Assembly: GCF_000737315.1 (NCBI RefSeq)
Contig: NZ_JMCB01000003.1
Coordinates: 62,001 to 126,000, forward strand
Direction: 5' to 3'
From: Hyalangium minutum
GTDB taxonomy: Bacteria > Myxococcota > Myxococcia > Myxococcales > Myxococcaceae
DNA: 64,000 nucleotides
Of the stretch, positions 28,191-39,733 are shown one piece after another; positions within the stretch are counted from its first letter, which is position 1, and each line of letters opens with the position of its first letter. The notes beneath the pieces are model-generated. The model was not told where the DNA came from and ran no database searches. It saw only the letters and a program-made list of their open reading frames with translations. Position numbers and translations under genes: made by a program.

Positions 28191-29492
28191 ATGCGTCGAT
28201 TGTTGGGAGGGTGCTCGGTTCTGGCGGTCTTGCTGTTCGCCTGTGGGGAGCCGGTGGAGACACCTCCGGCTCCTCCTCCGGACGTCCCGCCGACCTATCA
28301 CCGGGACATCGCACCGTTGGTGCAAGAGAAGTGCGGGAGCTGCCACACCCAGGGCGGCATCGCCCCGTTCCCGCTGCAGACCTACGCCCAGGTCTTCGAG
28401 ATGCGCTGGGCCGTCCAGGCGGCGGTGAAGGCGCGCATCATGCCCCCATGGATGCCCGCGCAAGACTGCACGGAGTACCTGCAGGACCACTCGCTCTCGG
28501 AGGAGCAGATCGCGCTCCTCTCCCGCTGGGTGGATGAGGGCGGTGTGGAGGGCGACGTGGCGGGCGCGCCCGGCGGCACCGGAGTCAGTGAGGGAGGACT
28601 CTCGCGCGTCGACCTGGAAGTCTCGATGGCCGAGCCGTTCACGCCCACGCAGAGGCCGGACCAGTACCGCTGCTTCGTGCTCGACTGGCCCGAGACCGCT
28701 ACGCGCTACGTCAGCGGGTTCCGTGGCAACCCGGGGCAGCCGTCGATCGTGCACCACCTCGTCGCGTTCCTTGCCAGGCCGGACGAGGTGGCCACCTTCC
28801 AGGGGCTGGACGCTGCCGATCCTGAGCCCGGCTACCCGTGCTTCGGTGGCCCTGGCCGGCCTGGGAACACGGTGTCGTGGCTCGGGAGCTGGGTGCCCGG
28901 CAGCACCGGCACGGACTACCCTGAGGGGACTGGCATCCAGGTGGAGCCGGGCTCCAAGATCATCCTCCAGCTTCACTACAACCTGAGCAGCGCGAACTCG
29001 GCGCCGGATCGGACCTCCCTGTCCCTGCGTCTGGAGTCCTCGGTGCAGAAGGTGGCCATCATGCAGCCCTGGTCCAACCCGGCCTGGCTGCAACCGGAGG
29101 CCATGCGCATCCCCGCGGGCCAGGCGGACGTCCGGTATCGCTTCGCGTTCGACCTGGTGCCCGTGCTCTCGCGCATCACCCGGGGCGCCTTCCGCGACAA
29201 CGAGCCCATCACCGTGCACACAGCCGCGCTGCACATGCACACGCTGGGCAGCTGGGGGCGCATGGAGATCGAGCGCAAGACGGGCATCAACGACTGCATG
29301 CTCCACATCCCGCGCTGGGACTTCCACTGGCAGAGCAGCTACGTGTTCACCCAGTCCAAGGAGGTCAAGCCCGGGGAGCGCATGGCCATCGAGTGCCACT
29401 GGGACAACAGCCAGCCCAACGCCCAGGACGTCACCTGGGGTGAAGGCACGGGCGACGAGATGTGCCTCGGCACCTTCTACATGACCCAGTAA
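28191..29492 (+). CDS. Lipoprotein: c-type heme domain + copper type II (PHM/DBH-like) monooxygenase
   Basis: LFAC lipobox, CGSCH heme motif, IVHH / LHY (CuH-like) and HMH / DEMC (CuM-like) motifs. Confidence 0.8.
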   Translation: MRRLLGGCSVLAVLLFACGEPVETPPAPPPDVPPTYHRDIAPLVQEKCGSCHTQGGIAPFPLQTYAQVFEMRWAVQAAVKARIMPPWMPAQDCTEYLQDHSLSEEQIALLSRWVDEGGVEGDVAGAPGGTGVSEGGLSRVDLEVSMAEPFTPTQRPDQYRCFVLDWPETATRYVSGFRGNPGQPSIVHHLVAFLARPDEVATFQGLDAADPEPGYPCFGGPGRPGNTVSWLGSWVPGSTGTDYPEGTGIQVEPGSKIILQLHYNLSSANSAPDRTSLSLRLESSVQKVAIMQPWSNPAWLQPEAMRIPAGQADVRYRFAFDLVPVLSRITRGAFRDNEPITVHTAALHMHTLGSWGRMEIERKTGINDCMLHIPRWDFHWQSSYVFTQSKEVKPGERMAIECHWDNSQPNAQDVTWGEGTGDEMCLGTFYMTQ

Positions 29493-29537
29493 GCCCCTTG
29501 GGTGAGGCCGAAATGCTCTTCAGGACATGTTTTTTAG

Positions 29538-29566
29538 CCTTAGGTTCGGCTAATTAACTCCTAAGG
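29538..29566. promoter_or_regulatory. Palindromic operator candidate upstream of amt
   Basis: CCTTAGG-N15-CCTAAGG in an AT-rich stretch about 60 nt upstream of the start. Confidence 0.4.
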
Positions 29567-29628
29567 TACTTGAAAATAGCCGATGCGGTCACCATGATGC
29601 GTCGCGTCGGATCAAGCCAGGAGGAGCC

Positions 29629-31002
29629 ATGAGGAAGTGGTTGGCAGTCGCGTTGCTCGCGGGGATGGCGGTACTGGGCGTGCTTCAGCCTGCGGCCCAG
29701 GTGAAGCAAGGAGGCCCCATCAACGCGGCCGACACCGCTTGGATCCTCACCGCGACGGCGCTGGTGCTGCTCATGACGCCGGGCCTGTCCTTCTTCTATG
29801 GCGGCATGGTCCGCCTGAAGAACGTGGTGTCCACCCTCATGCAGAGCTTCATGGCCATGGCGGTCATTAGTCTGTTGTGGGTAGTGGTAGGATTCAGCCT
29901 GAGCTTTGGCGACAGCTTCCACGGGCTCATCGGCGATCCGCGCACCTTCTTCATGTTCAGTGGCGTGGGCGGGGAGACGCACCCGGATCTGGCGCCCACC
30001 ATCCCGCTGATGCTGTTCGCGCTGTTCCAGCTGAAGTTCGCGATCATCACCCCGGCGCTGATCACCGGCGCGTTCGCCGAGCGCGTGCGCTTCAAGGCGT
30101 ACGTCATCTTCATGGTGCTCTTCAGCCTGTTCATCTACGCGCCGCTGGCGCACTGGACGTGGCACCCGGAGGGCTTCCTGCGGCAGTGGGGCGTGCTGGA
30201 CTTCGCGGGCGGCACGGTGGTGCACATGTCTGCGGGTTTCGCGGCGCTGGCCGGAGCCCTGGTGCTGGGGCGGAGGCAGGTGCACCTGGCCAACGTGACG
30301 CACACGCCGGCCAACATCCCCTTCGTCCTGCTGGGCACGGGCATGCTGTGGTTCGGGTGGTTCGGGTTCAACGCGGGCTCGGCGCTGTCGGCCTCGTCCG
30401 CTGCGACGCTGGCCTTCGCGACCACGAATACGGCCTCGGCGGCGGCGATGCTGGGGTGGCTGGCCTTTGACTGGCTGCGCGGCCGTCAGCCGAGCGCCAT
30501 GGGCGCCTGTGTGGGCGCAGTGGTCGGCCTGGTGGCGGTGACGCCGGCGGCCGGCTTCATCACCGTGGGCCAGAGCATCATGGTGGGCCTGGTGGCGAGC
30601 CTCGTGAGCAACGCGGCGGTGCACTTCAAGAGCCGCACCGCGCTGGACGACACGCTGGACGTGTTCCCCTGTCACGGCCTGGGCGGAGTGGTGGGCATGG
30701 TGCTCACCGGCGTGCTGGCCAAGGATGTGGGGCTCGTCTACGGCCAGACCCGCACCTTCCTCATGCACCTGCTGGGGCTGGTGGTGGTCTCGGTCTTCTC
30801 CTTCGTCGGCTCGTACCTGCTCTACAAGCTGGTGGATCGCATCGTCCCGCTGCGCGTGACGCGCGAGCAGGAGGAGCAGGGGCTCGATCTCAGCCAGCAC
30901 GGTGAGACGGTGGGCGAGACCGCCGTGGCTCCTGCGGCACCGGAGGCTCCTCGTTCCGAGCCCACTCCGCCCGCTCAGCCGGGGGTACCGGTCCCCGCGT
31001 AG
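29629..31002 (+). CDS. amt: Ammonium transporter
   Basis: DFAGGTVVH, LWFGWFGFNAGS and DVFPCHG (twin His intact). AGGAGG RBS. Confidence 0.96.
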   Translation: MRKWLAVALLAGMAVLGVLQPAAQVKQGGPINAADTAWILTATALVLLMTPGLSFFYGGMVRLKNVVSTLMQSFMAMAVISLLWVVVGFSLSFGDSFHGLIGDPRTFFMFSGVGGETHPDLAPTIPLMLFALFQLKFAIITPALITGAFAERVRFKAYVIFMVLFSLFIYAPLAHWTWHPEGFLRQWGVLDFAGGTVVHMSAGFAALAGALVLGRRQVHLANVTHTPANIPFVLLGTGMLWFGWFGFNAGSALSASSAATLAFATTNTASAAAMLGWLAFDWLRGRQPSAMGACVGAVVGLVAVTPAAGFITVGQSIMVGLVASLVSNAAVHFKSRTALDDTLDVFPCHGLGGVVGMVLTGVLAKDVGLVYGQTRTFLMHLLGLVVVSVFSFVGSYLLYKLVDRIVPLRVTREQEEQGLDLSQHGETVGETAVAPAAPEAPRSEPTPPAQPGVPVPA

Positions 31003-31027
31003 GTGTGCAGACGGTGGTGGGTTCGCG

Positions 31028-31065
31028 GCGGCGGCTCCTTTGTTCGGGGCCGCCGCTTTGCTTTT
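31028..31065 (+). terminator. Intrinsic terminator after amt
   Basis: GCGGCGGCTCC-N7-GGGGCCGCCGC then TTTGCTTTT. Confidence 0.75.
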
Positions 31066-31083
31066 CTGCTTCTGGAAGAGGGC

Positions 31084-32358
31084 TCAGCGCGACTGCGGCT
31101 GCGAGGCCTGCTCCGAGGCCACGGGCGTGAGCTTCCACGTACCGTACCAGCGGCCTCCCTGGGGATCCTCGGCGAAGGCCACACCTTGGAGCGCTCCGGC
31201 CTGGAGGACCGCGCGGAACTGCACCGTGGTCTCCAGGAACGAGGGATCGCGGATGGAGAAGGTGAGCTCGTTGCTCTGCAGGACCGGCTGGAGGGGAGCC
31301 TCGGCTGTGCCGCCCTGGCTGAAGGTGAGGCGCGCGCGGCCGTTCATCCCGTTCCCCGTGTCTTCGAGAGAGAGGCGCAGGGTGGCGGGTGTCATGCCCG
31401 TCTCAGCGGGGTAGAGGGCCAGCGAGCCGCTCCAGGTGCCTGCGAGCCGGGCCGGCGGAAGGGGCTCGCCCTGAGGCAGGCTGGGGAGGGGGGGATGCGC
31501 GGGCGCTGGGGCCGTGCCGGTGGGGGGGAGCTTCTGCGTGAGAGCCACCTCGGAGCCCACCTGTTGCAGGTAGCGCGCGGTGTCCTCAGGAAGGGACACG
31601 AGCGTCACCGGGTGGGCGGCGTCGAAGCCTGAGCCCGTCCAGGGCGCACCGGTGAGGGTGCCGGGCGCACCCGTGCAGGGCTGGTGGAAGATCGAGGCGA
31701 ACAGGACACAGGCCGAGAGGTAGCTGCCCGCAGGCCCGGGGTGGTGGCCGTCCTGCGCATACAGCTCGAGCTCGGGGTGCTCGCGGCGGACGCGCTCCCA
31801 TGCGACGCCCACAGGGGCGAGCGCGGCACCCAGCTCGGAGGCAATGCGCGCGTAGGCTTGGGTGAGGTGCCCCTGGGCGGCCAGGTTCGCCTTGCGAGAC
31901 CACGTCATATAGAAGAGCGGCTTTGCGCCCACCGCCGAGGCCTGGGCCGCCAGCTGGCGCGCCGCGGGGAAGAACAGCGGCTCGGGATCGCCCAGGTAGG
32001 CCACGCCGTCGATGCGCATGCCTCCCAGCAGGCTCTGCTCCTGGAGCACCACGTGGCTCCATCCACCCTCGGCCATGCGCCGGGAGGCGGTGCCCTCCGT
32101 GAGGAGCCATCGCAGCGTCGCGCCGCCGGTCAGCACGGACTCCGTCTCGATTCGGGACTGCGGGGCCAGGGCGCGCGCGAATCCCTTCAGCATCTCGGGG
32201 ACGCTGTTCTCATACGTGTAGCTGTTGCCGATGAAGAGGACTCGGGTCATGGCGGAGGGACCTGCGTCGGTAGAGGCCTCGGTGGACGGCGGGGGACTGC
32301 GGTCTGTGCGCGAGGTGCAGCCCAGCAGGAGAAGCAGGCTCCAGAACAAGCGGGACAT
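31084..32358 (-). CDS. SGNH/GDSL-type hydrolase lipoprotein with C-terminal beta domain
   Basis: LLGC lipobox, VLFIGNSYT block I, VVLQEQS, DGHHP catalytic motif. Confidence 0.8.
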   Translation of the reverse strand: MSRLFWSLLLLLGCTSRTDRSPPPSTEASTDAGPSAMTRVLFIGNSYTYENSVPEMLKGFARALAPQSRIETESVLTGGATLRWLLTEGTASRRMAEGGWSHVVLQEQSLLGGMRIDGVAYLGDPEPLFFPAARQLAAQASAVGAKPLFYMTWSRKANLAAQGHLTQAYARIASELGAALAPVGVAWERVRREHPELELYAQDGHHPGPAGSYLSACVLFASIFHQPCTGAPGTLTGAPWTGSGFDAAHPVTLVSLPEDTARYLQQVGSEVALTQKLPPTGTAPAPAHPPLPSLPQGEPLPPARLAGTWSGSLALYPAETGMTPATLRLSLEDTGNGMNGRARLTFSQGGTAEAPLQPVLQSNELTFSIRDPSFLETTVQFRAVLQAGALQGVAFAEDPQGGRWYGTWKLTPVASEQASQPQSR

Positions 32359-32372
32359 GGCGAGAGGAGCGT

Positions 32373-33116
32373 TCAGAAGCGCCCGGCGAGTCCACCGAGG
32401 ACGCCGCCGTGAGGGGTGACGGTGGCCACTGGAATAACCATCGGCGTGAGGGCCCGGTCGCGTTGCCTTCGGGCGAGGGCCCGCGAGTGGGAGAGCTCGT
32501 AGCCGATCATGCCTCCGACAACAGGTCCGGCGATGAAGGGGATGACCGCCAACTCATCCGCGGAAGAGGCCAGGCCCAGAGCGAGAAGAGAGCCGATCAG
32601 GGTACCGATCGCCGCGCCGCCGGCGGTGGGCCAGTACTCGCCCTCGCCGTGCAGGAGACTTCCCGCGCCGGTGATGCCGAGGGCCGCTCCTCCCGCGAGC
32701 CCTGCCAGGCCGAGACCCAAGCCAAGGATGGCTCGGGAATCCTCTCCGCCGTTGCAGGCGTCATCGCAGAGGATCGCGCTGAAGATGAGGAGTCCTCCGG
32801 GGATGATGCCCACGGAAGCGCCGACGCTCCCTCCGACGAGCTCGAGGAGCAGCCGAGGCGCGGTGGGACTGGGGTCGGTGCCGGCGTACCAGTCGCGACG
32901 GATGATCTCGCCCCGAGACGCGTCCTCAGGGGAGGGCTCGAGGGAATCGCTCGGGGCCGCCTGAGGGCTGTCGGCAGGGGACTCGGGAGGCGCCGGGACG
33001 AGCGGAGGGGGTGTCACGTTGGGGACCGGTTGCTCGAGAGGAGCCGCGTTCTGGGCGAGTCCTGGCAGGGGGAGCAGGAGGCAGAACAGCAGCGGCGCGA
33101 GGCGAGCGGTCGGCAT
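32373..33116 (-). CDS. Hypothetical membrane protein (signal peptide, Pro-rich linker, Gly-rich TMs)
   Basis: 247 aa with about four Gly-rich hydrophobic helices, ending GGLAGRF. Confidence 0.65.
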   Translation of the reverse strand: MPTARLAPLLFCLLLPLPGLAQNAAPLEQPVPNVTPPPLVPAPPESPADSPQAAPSDSLEPSPEDASRGEIIRRDWYAGTDPSPTAPRLLLELVGGSVGASVGIIPGGLLIFSAILCDDACNGGEDSRAILGLGLGLAGLAGGAALGITGAGSLLHGEGEYWPTAGGAAIGTLIGSLLALGLASSADELAVIPFIAGPVVGGMIGYELSHSRALARRQRDRALTPMVIPVATVTPHGGVLGGLAGRF

Positions 33117-33385
33117 GCCCCGCAGCGTAATGCCGTGGGAGTGGGAGCAGGAAGCTCAAGGCATGACAGAACCTGTCCGACAAGTAGACAGGTTCGTGGC
33201 GGCTCCGTCCGGCAGGCGCCGCTGTATCCTGGTGGGCACTGGGGCTGCGGGGTCCCTTGCGCTCATGGGGGTTGCAAGGCAACCTACAAGGTAGGGTCAG
33301 ACCCACGTGACCCAGGATGTCAGACCCGGACGGTAGACCCCTCCCCATGGAAACGGGGATGGGCGTTGGAGAGGATGAAGAGAGC

Positions 33386-33937
33386 ATGGGGCGCAAACCG
33401 GCCACGTACGCGGATCTGGAAGCGTTACCCGAGAACGTGGTGGGGGAGCTGATCGCTGGGGAGCTGTACGTCAGCCCTCGGCCAGCGTCGCGTCACGCCC
33501 GGGCCGCCTCTGTGCTGGGCGTCAAGCTAGGAGGCCCTTTTGACCTGCGAGATGGAGGTCCGGGAGGCTGGGGCATCCTCGACGAACCGGAACTTCACTT
33601 CGGGGAGGATGCGCTGGTGCCAGACTTGGCGGGCTGGAGGCGGGAACGGATGCCCGCGTTGCCGGACACCGCAGCCTTCGAGTTGGCACCGGATTGGGTG
33701 TGCGAGGTGCTCTCTCCGTCCACGGCCTCGCTGGATCGGACCATCAAACTCCCGGTGTATGCCCGTGAAGGGGTCAGCCATCTGTGGCTGGTGGACCCCA
33801 AGGCGCGCACGCTGGAGGTGCTCCGGCTCGACGGGGAGCGCTACACGCTCCTGGGCAAACACGAGGCAGGTGCCCGTGTTCGCGCGGAGCCCTTCGAGGC
33901 GCTCGAACTGGAGCTGGCCCCCCTCTGGGAGATGTAG
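33386..33937 (+). CDS. Uma2 family (DUF820) PD-(D/E)xK endonuclease-like protein
   Basis: ELIAGELYVSPRP, VPDLAG, PDWVCEVLSPST, LWLVDP. Confidence 0.92.
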   Translation: MGRKPATYADLEALPENVVGELIAGELYVSPRPASRHARAASVLGVKLGGPFDLRDGGPGGWGILDEPELHFGEDALVPDLAGWRRERMPALPDTAAFELAPDWVCEVLSPSTASLDRTIKLPVYAREGVSHLWLVDPKARTLEVLRLDGERYTLLGKHEAGARVRAEPFEALELELAPLWEM

Positions 33938-33974
33938 TCCCGAGGAGGGCTCCAGCGGCGCCCCGGTACCGCGG

Positions 33975-35816
33975 TTACGCCTCTTCGCGCTCCTCGCGCT
34001 TGCGGTCACGCTCGGCGCGGTAGCGCTCTCCGAACGCGAGCGACTTCTTGCGCAGGCGCACCGACTTGGGCGTCACCTCCACCAACTCGTCGTCCGCGAT
34101 CCACTCCAGCGCCTTCTCCAGCCCCATCTCGCGAGGCGGCGTGAGGATGACGTTCTCATCCCGGCCCGCGGCGCGGATGTTGGTCAGCTTCTTCTCGCGG
34201 CAGCAGTTGACGTTCAGCTCCGAGGGGTGGGCGTGCTCGCCGATGATCATCCCCTCGTACACCGTCACGCCCGCGCCCACGAACAGCGCCCCGCGCTCCT
34301 GGATGCTGAACAGCGCGTACGGCACCGTCTCGCCCAGGCGGTCGGACACCATCGCGCCGTTGCTCCGCTTCGGGATGTAGCCGAACCACGGCTCGTACCC
34401 GTCGAACTGGCTGCTCATGATGCCCTCACCGCGCGTAATGGTGAGGAACTCCGAGCGGAACCCAATCAGGCCGCGCGCCGGAATCCGGAACTGCAACCGC
34501 GTGCGGCCGGAGCCCAGCTGCGTCATGTCCACCATGCGCCCCTTGCGAGGCCCCAGCCGCTCGGTCACCGCGCCTACGCTGTTCTCGGGCACGTCGCACA
34601 CCAGCAGCTCCATGGGCTCGTGGACCTGTCCCTCGATCGTCTTCGTCAGCGGCTCCGGGTTCGAGGCCGTCAGCTCGTAGCCCTCGCGGCGCATCGTCTC
34701 GATGATGACCGCCAGCTGGAGCTCGCCACGCCCCACCACCCGGAACGCGTCCGGCGTCGCCGTGTCCTCCACGCGGATGGCCACGTTGCGGTAGGACTCG
34801 CGGTACAGGCGCTCGCGCAGGTTGCGGGAGGTGACGTACTTGCCCTCCTTGCCCGCCAGAGGCCCGTCGTTCACCCGGAAGATCATCATCATCGTGGGCT
34901 CTTCCACGGTGATGCGGGGCAGGGCCACCGGGTTCTCCGGATCGGAGATGGTGTCGCCGATCGAGATGTCCTCGATGCCCGCGATGGAGACGATCTCTCC
35001 CGGGCCGGCGTCCTGAATCTCCGTGCGCTTCAGGCCCTGGAAGCCGTACAGCTTGACGATCTTGCCCTTCTCGATCTTGCCACCCTCACGCACCACGGAC
35101 ACAGGCATGTTCGGCGTCAGCTTGCCGGCCAGGATGCGGCCCACCGCGAGGCGGCCCACGTAGTCGTCGTAGTCCAGGTTGGCCACCAGCAGCTGCGGCA
35201 CCGTCTGCTCGCTCTGGGGCGGGGGAGGGATGTGGCTCAGGATCGCCGCGAACAGCGGCTCCAGCGTCTTGCCCGGCACCTCCAGCTGCGTGGAGGCCTG
35301 ACCCTGGCGGGCGATCGTGTAGAGCACCGGCATCTCGAGCTGCGTGTCGTCCGCGCCCAGATCGATGTAGAGCGAGTACACGTGGTCCAGCACTTCCTTG
35401 GCCCGAGCGTCCTGCCGGTCGATCTTGTTGATGACCAGCACCGTCTTCAGGCCCATGGCCAGCGCCTTGCTGAGCACGAAGCGCGTCTGGGGCAGGGGGC
35501 CCTCGGCGGCGTCCACCAGGAGGATGACGCCATCCACCAGGCGCAGGCCGCGCTCCACCTCGCCGCCGAAGTCCGCGTGGCCCGGCGTGTCGATGATGTT
35601 GATCTGGGTTCCCTTGTAGGTAACGGCCGTGTTCTTCGCGAGGATGGTGATGCCCTTCTCGCGCTCGAGGTCGTTGGAGTCCATCACCCGCTCAACGACG
35701 GCTTCGTTGCTGCGGAAGATGCCCGCCTGGCGGAGCATGTGATCGACGAGGGTGGTCTTGCCATGGTCAACGTGGGCGACGATGGCGACGTTACGGATAT
35801 TTTCGCGAGCAATCAT
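33975..35816 (-). CDS. typA: Translational GTPase TypA/BipA
   Basis: [51 protein letters not shown]. Confidence 0.98.
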   Translation of the reverse strand: MIARENIRNVAIVAHVDHGKTTLVDHMLRQAGIFRSNEAVVERVMDSNDLEREKGITILAKNTAVTYKGTQINIIDTPGHADFGGEVERGLRLVDGVILLVDAAEGPLPQTRFVLSKALAMGLKTVLVINKIDRQDARAKEVLDHVYSLYIDLGADDTQLEMPVLYTIARQGQASTQLEVPGKTLEPLFAAILSHIPPPPQSEQTVPQLLVANLDYDDYVGRLAVGRILAGKLTPNMPVSVVREGGKIEKGKIVKLYGFQGLKRTEIQDAGPGEIVSIAGIEDISIGDTISDPENPVALPRITVEEPTMMMIFRVNDGPLAGKEGKYVTSRNLRERLYRESYRNVAIRVEDTATPDAFRVVGRGELQLAVIIETMRREGYELTASNPEPLTKTIEGQVHEPMELLVCDVPENSVGAVTERLGPRKGRMVDMTQLGSGRTRLQFRIPARGLIGFRSEFLTITRGEGIMSSQFDGYEPWFGYIPKRSNGAMVSDRLGETVPYALFSIQERGALFVGAGVTVYEGMIIGEHAHPSELNVNCCREKKLTNIRAAGRDENVILTPPREMGLEKALEWIADDELVEVTPKSVRLRKKSLAFGERYRAERDRKREEREEA

Positions 35817-35986
35817 ACGGACAAAGACTCGAAGCTGAAGGGCAGGGCATTCAGTGGAACAGGTTCACCCTGAATCCCACCGGAACGCACGAGGCGGGGG
35901 CTTATATGCCGCAGCCCCCTCGTCCGCAATGAACGCCGGTCGCTTTGTGCCCCTCGTATCCGCTCCGAGCGGAACTGCTGGGCTGC

Positions 35987-36916
35987 TTACCGGGGCGGAG
36001 TGCCTTCCCCTGAGGGGAGGCGGGGCGGCGGCGGAGCGAGGTGGATGCCCAGCCGGTCGCGCAGGAAGCGCTCGACGCGGAGCTCGACCAGCTCCTTGTA
36101 CTCCAGGGGAGCGGTGTGGGTCCCCAGCGGCACCAGCATCAGCTCGGCGCCGGGGATGCGCTCGGCCATCTTCCGGGAGAGCCGGGCCGGGGTGAACTTG
36201 TCCTTCTCGCCCGCGATGATGAGCGTGGGTACGTCCACGTGGGGCAGATGGTCCCACGCCGTGTGGTTCGCCATGGAGTCCAGCGTCCGGACGAAGACCA
36301 CCGGGTCCATCTTGGCCAGGTGCTCGAAGTAGGGGGCGAAGTCCTCGCGGGACAGCAGATCCCGGTTCACCTCCACCGTGAGGGCCACCTGCATGGCCAA
36401 CTCCGTGCTCAGCAGCGAGTGCACCAGCTTGCCTGCCCGCTCGGGGTACTTCTCCACGAGGTGCCGGATGAGGGGGAAGACGCGCTTGAGGTACGTGGAG
36501 TCGTGGAAGGTGTCGAGCGGGTTGCCGTAGCTGCCGCAGATGAGCACCAGCCCCCGGACGCGGTGCGCGTAGCGGCGGTGGAACTCCAGCGCCACCTGCA
36601 CACCGATGGAGTGTCCGAAGATGACCCCTTGCTTTACCGCGGCCGCGTCCATCACCCGGTCGAGGTCCTCGCAGGTGTAGAGCATGCCGAAGCGGGAGCG
36701 ATCCTGCGGAATCCCCGAGCGGCCATGCCCCCGGTAGTGCCAGCGCAGCACCCGGTGGTCCCGGGCCAGGTAGGGCGTGAGGTACTTCCACGCGAACCCG
36801 TCACAGCCCAGCCCATCGCACAGCACCATGCCGGGCTCGCCGTCGCCGAGCACCTGGAAGTACAGCCCGGCCCCGTCGGGCACCTGGAGGTAGTCCTGCC
36901 GGAAGTAGTGGCTCAT
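35987..36916 (-). CDS. Alpha/beta hydrolase
   Basis: GHSIG nucleophile elbow, GEKD acid and GTH His. Starts 3 nt after the EBP stop. Confidence 0.9.
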   Translation of the reverse strand: MSHYFRQDYLQVPDGAGLYFQVLGDGEPGMVLCDGLGCDGFAWKYLTPYLARDHRVLRWHYRGHGRSGIPQDRSRFGMLYTCEDLDRVMDAAAVKQGVIFGHSIGVQVALEFHRRYAHRVRGLVLICGSYGNPLDTFHDSTYLKRVFPLIRHLVEKYPERAGKLVHSLLSTELAMQVALTVEVNRDLLSREDFAPYFEHLAKMDPVVFVRTLDSMANHTAWDHLPHVDVPTLIIAGEKDKFTPARLSRKMAERIPGAELMLVPLGTHTAPLEYKELVELRVERFLRDRLGIHLAPPPPRLPSGEGTPPR

Positions 36917-36919
36917 GGC

Positions 36920-38500
<1,581 letters not shown>

Positions 38501-38611
38501 CCCCACTCCTCGCGCCCATGTCCCGGGGCAGGACAGCTCGACACATCCCGGTGTCCGATTTTCAGCCGATGCTCATATACTGAGCCAAGGTCGCTGTCTC
38601 AGGGTTCTCCC

Positions 38612-39649
38612 GTGACTACATCGGCGCATACAGAGCGTGGATCGAGGCGAGCCCACAGCGCGAGCCATGGGCACGGCCATGACCATGGGCACGATCACGG
38701 CCATGGCCACGGGCACGATCATGGACATGGCCACGGCCATGGGCCTGGTGGGCCCCCTCGGAGGCCGACCAACCTGGCCGATGAGCGGCGCAAGGATCGG
38801 AATCGGCTGATCTTCGCGCTGATCCTCACGGCCACCATCGCGCTGGCCGAGGCGGTGGGCGGCTTCCTGACGAACTCGCTGGCGTTGATGTCCGACGCCG
38901 GCCACATGCTGACGGACGTATCCGCGCTGGCACTGAGCCTGCTGGCGCTGTGGTTCTCCGGCAAGCCGGCCAACCTCAAGAAGACGTACGGCTACTACCG
39001 GATGGAGATCCTCAGCGCGCTGCTCAACGGCGTGCTGCTGCTGGGGATTACGGTGGTGATCCTCTTGGAGGCCTGGGAGCGCTTCCGCTCTCCGGCGCCG
39101 GTGAACCTGGGGCCCATGGCGGTGGTGGCCCTGGTGGGCTTGGTGGCCAACCTGGCCGCGCTGGGCTTCCTGCACCGGACGCACTCGCTCAACGTGCGTG
39201 GGGCGTTCCTGCACGTGCTGGGGGATGCGCTGTCCAGCGTGGGCGTGCTCCTGGGCGCGGGGATCATGGCCCTGACGGGCTGGTACGTGGTGGACTCCCT
39301 CATCTCCGCCCTCATCTCGGTGGTGATCGTCGTGGGCGCCATCCGCCTGGTGCGCGACGCGGTGGACGTGTTGCTGGAGGCCGTGCCCGCCCACGTGGAC
39401 ATGGAGGCCGTGAAGAATCTGTTGATGCGGGTGCAGGGCGTGACGGCGGTGCACGATCTGCACGTGTGGACCATCTCCAGCGGGCTCTACGCACTGTCGG
39501 TGCACCTGGTGGTGGCCAACGCCCTGGCCTGCAACAACGACGAGATCCTCTCGGCGGTGAAGCACGAGCTGTTCGATCGGTATGGCATCGATCACACGAC
39601 CATCCAGATCGAGAGCGAGACGTACGCCCACTTGGGCGAGGTGCACTGA
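38612..39649 (+). CDS. Cation diffusion facilitator (CzcD/ZitB-like) with His-rich N-terminus
   Basis: C-terminal part of ORF 36041..39649 (GTG 38612). Motifs LMSDAGHMLTD, GAFLHVLGD, VHDLHVWTI. Confidence 0.92.
   Translation: MTTSAHTERGSRRAHSASHGHGHDHGHDHGHGHGHDHGHGHGHGPGGPPRRPTNLADERRKDRNRLIFALILTATIALAEAVGGFLTNSLALMSDAGHMLTDVSALALSLLALWFSGKPANLKKTYGYYRMEILSALLNGVLLLGITVVILLEAWERFRSPAPVNLGPMAVVALVGLVANLAALGFLHRTHSLNVRGAFLHVLGDALSSVGVLLGAGIMALTGWYVVDSLISALISVVIVVGAIRLVRDAVDVLLEAVPAHVDMEAVKNLLMRVQGVTAVHDLHVWTISSGLYALSVHLVVANALACNNDEILSAVKHELFDRYGIDHTTIQIESETYAHLGEVH
38666..38743 (+). repeat. His-Gly/His-Asp dipeptide repeat (13 His)
   Basis: 6-nt unit CA(T/C)G(G/A)N encoding HGHGHDHGHDHGHGHGHDHGHGHGHG. 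Confidence 0.9.
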
Positions 39650-39733
39650 GGGGCCTGCGCGGCGGCCGGGAGACGACGCTCCGTGAGGAGTTGTCTTGCG
39701 TGGGCCGGAGAGTCGGACCATCCTCGGCGGCCC

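Noticed and set aside
33386-33937. Uma2 gene as a defence system or mobile element
   Set aside because: Solo gene of a family that is highly expanded in myxobacteria, with no methylase, partner or integrase.
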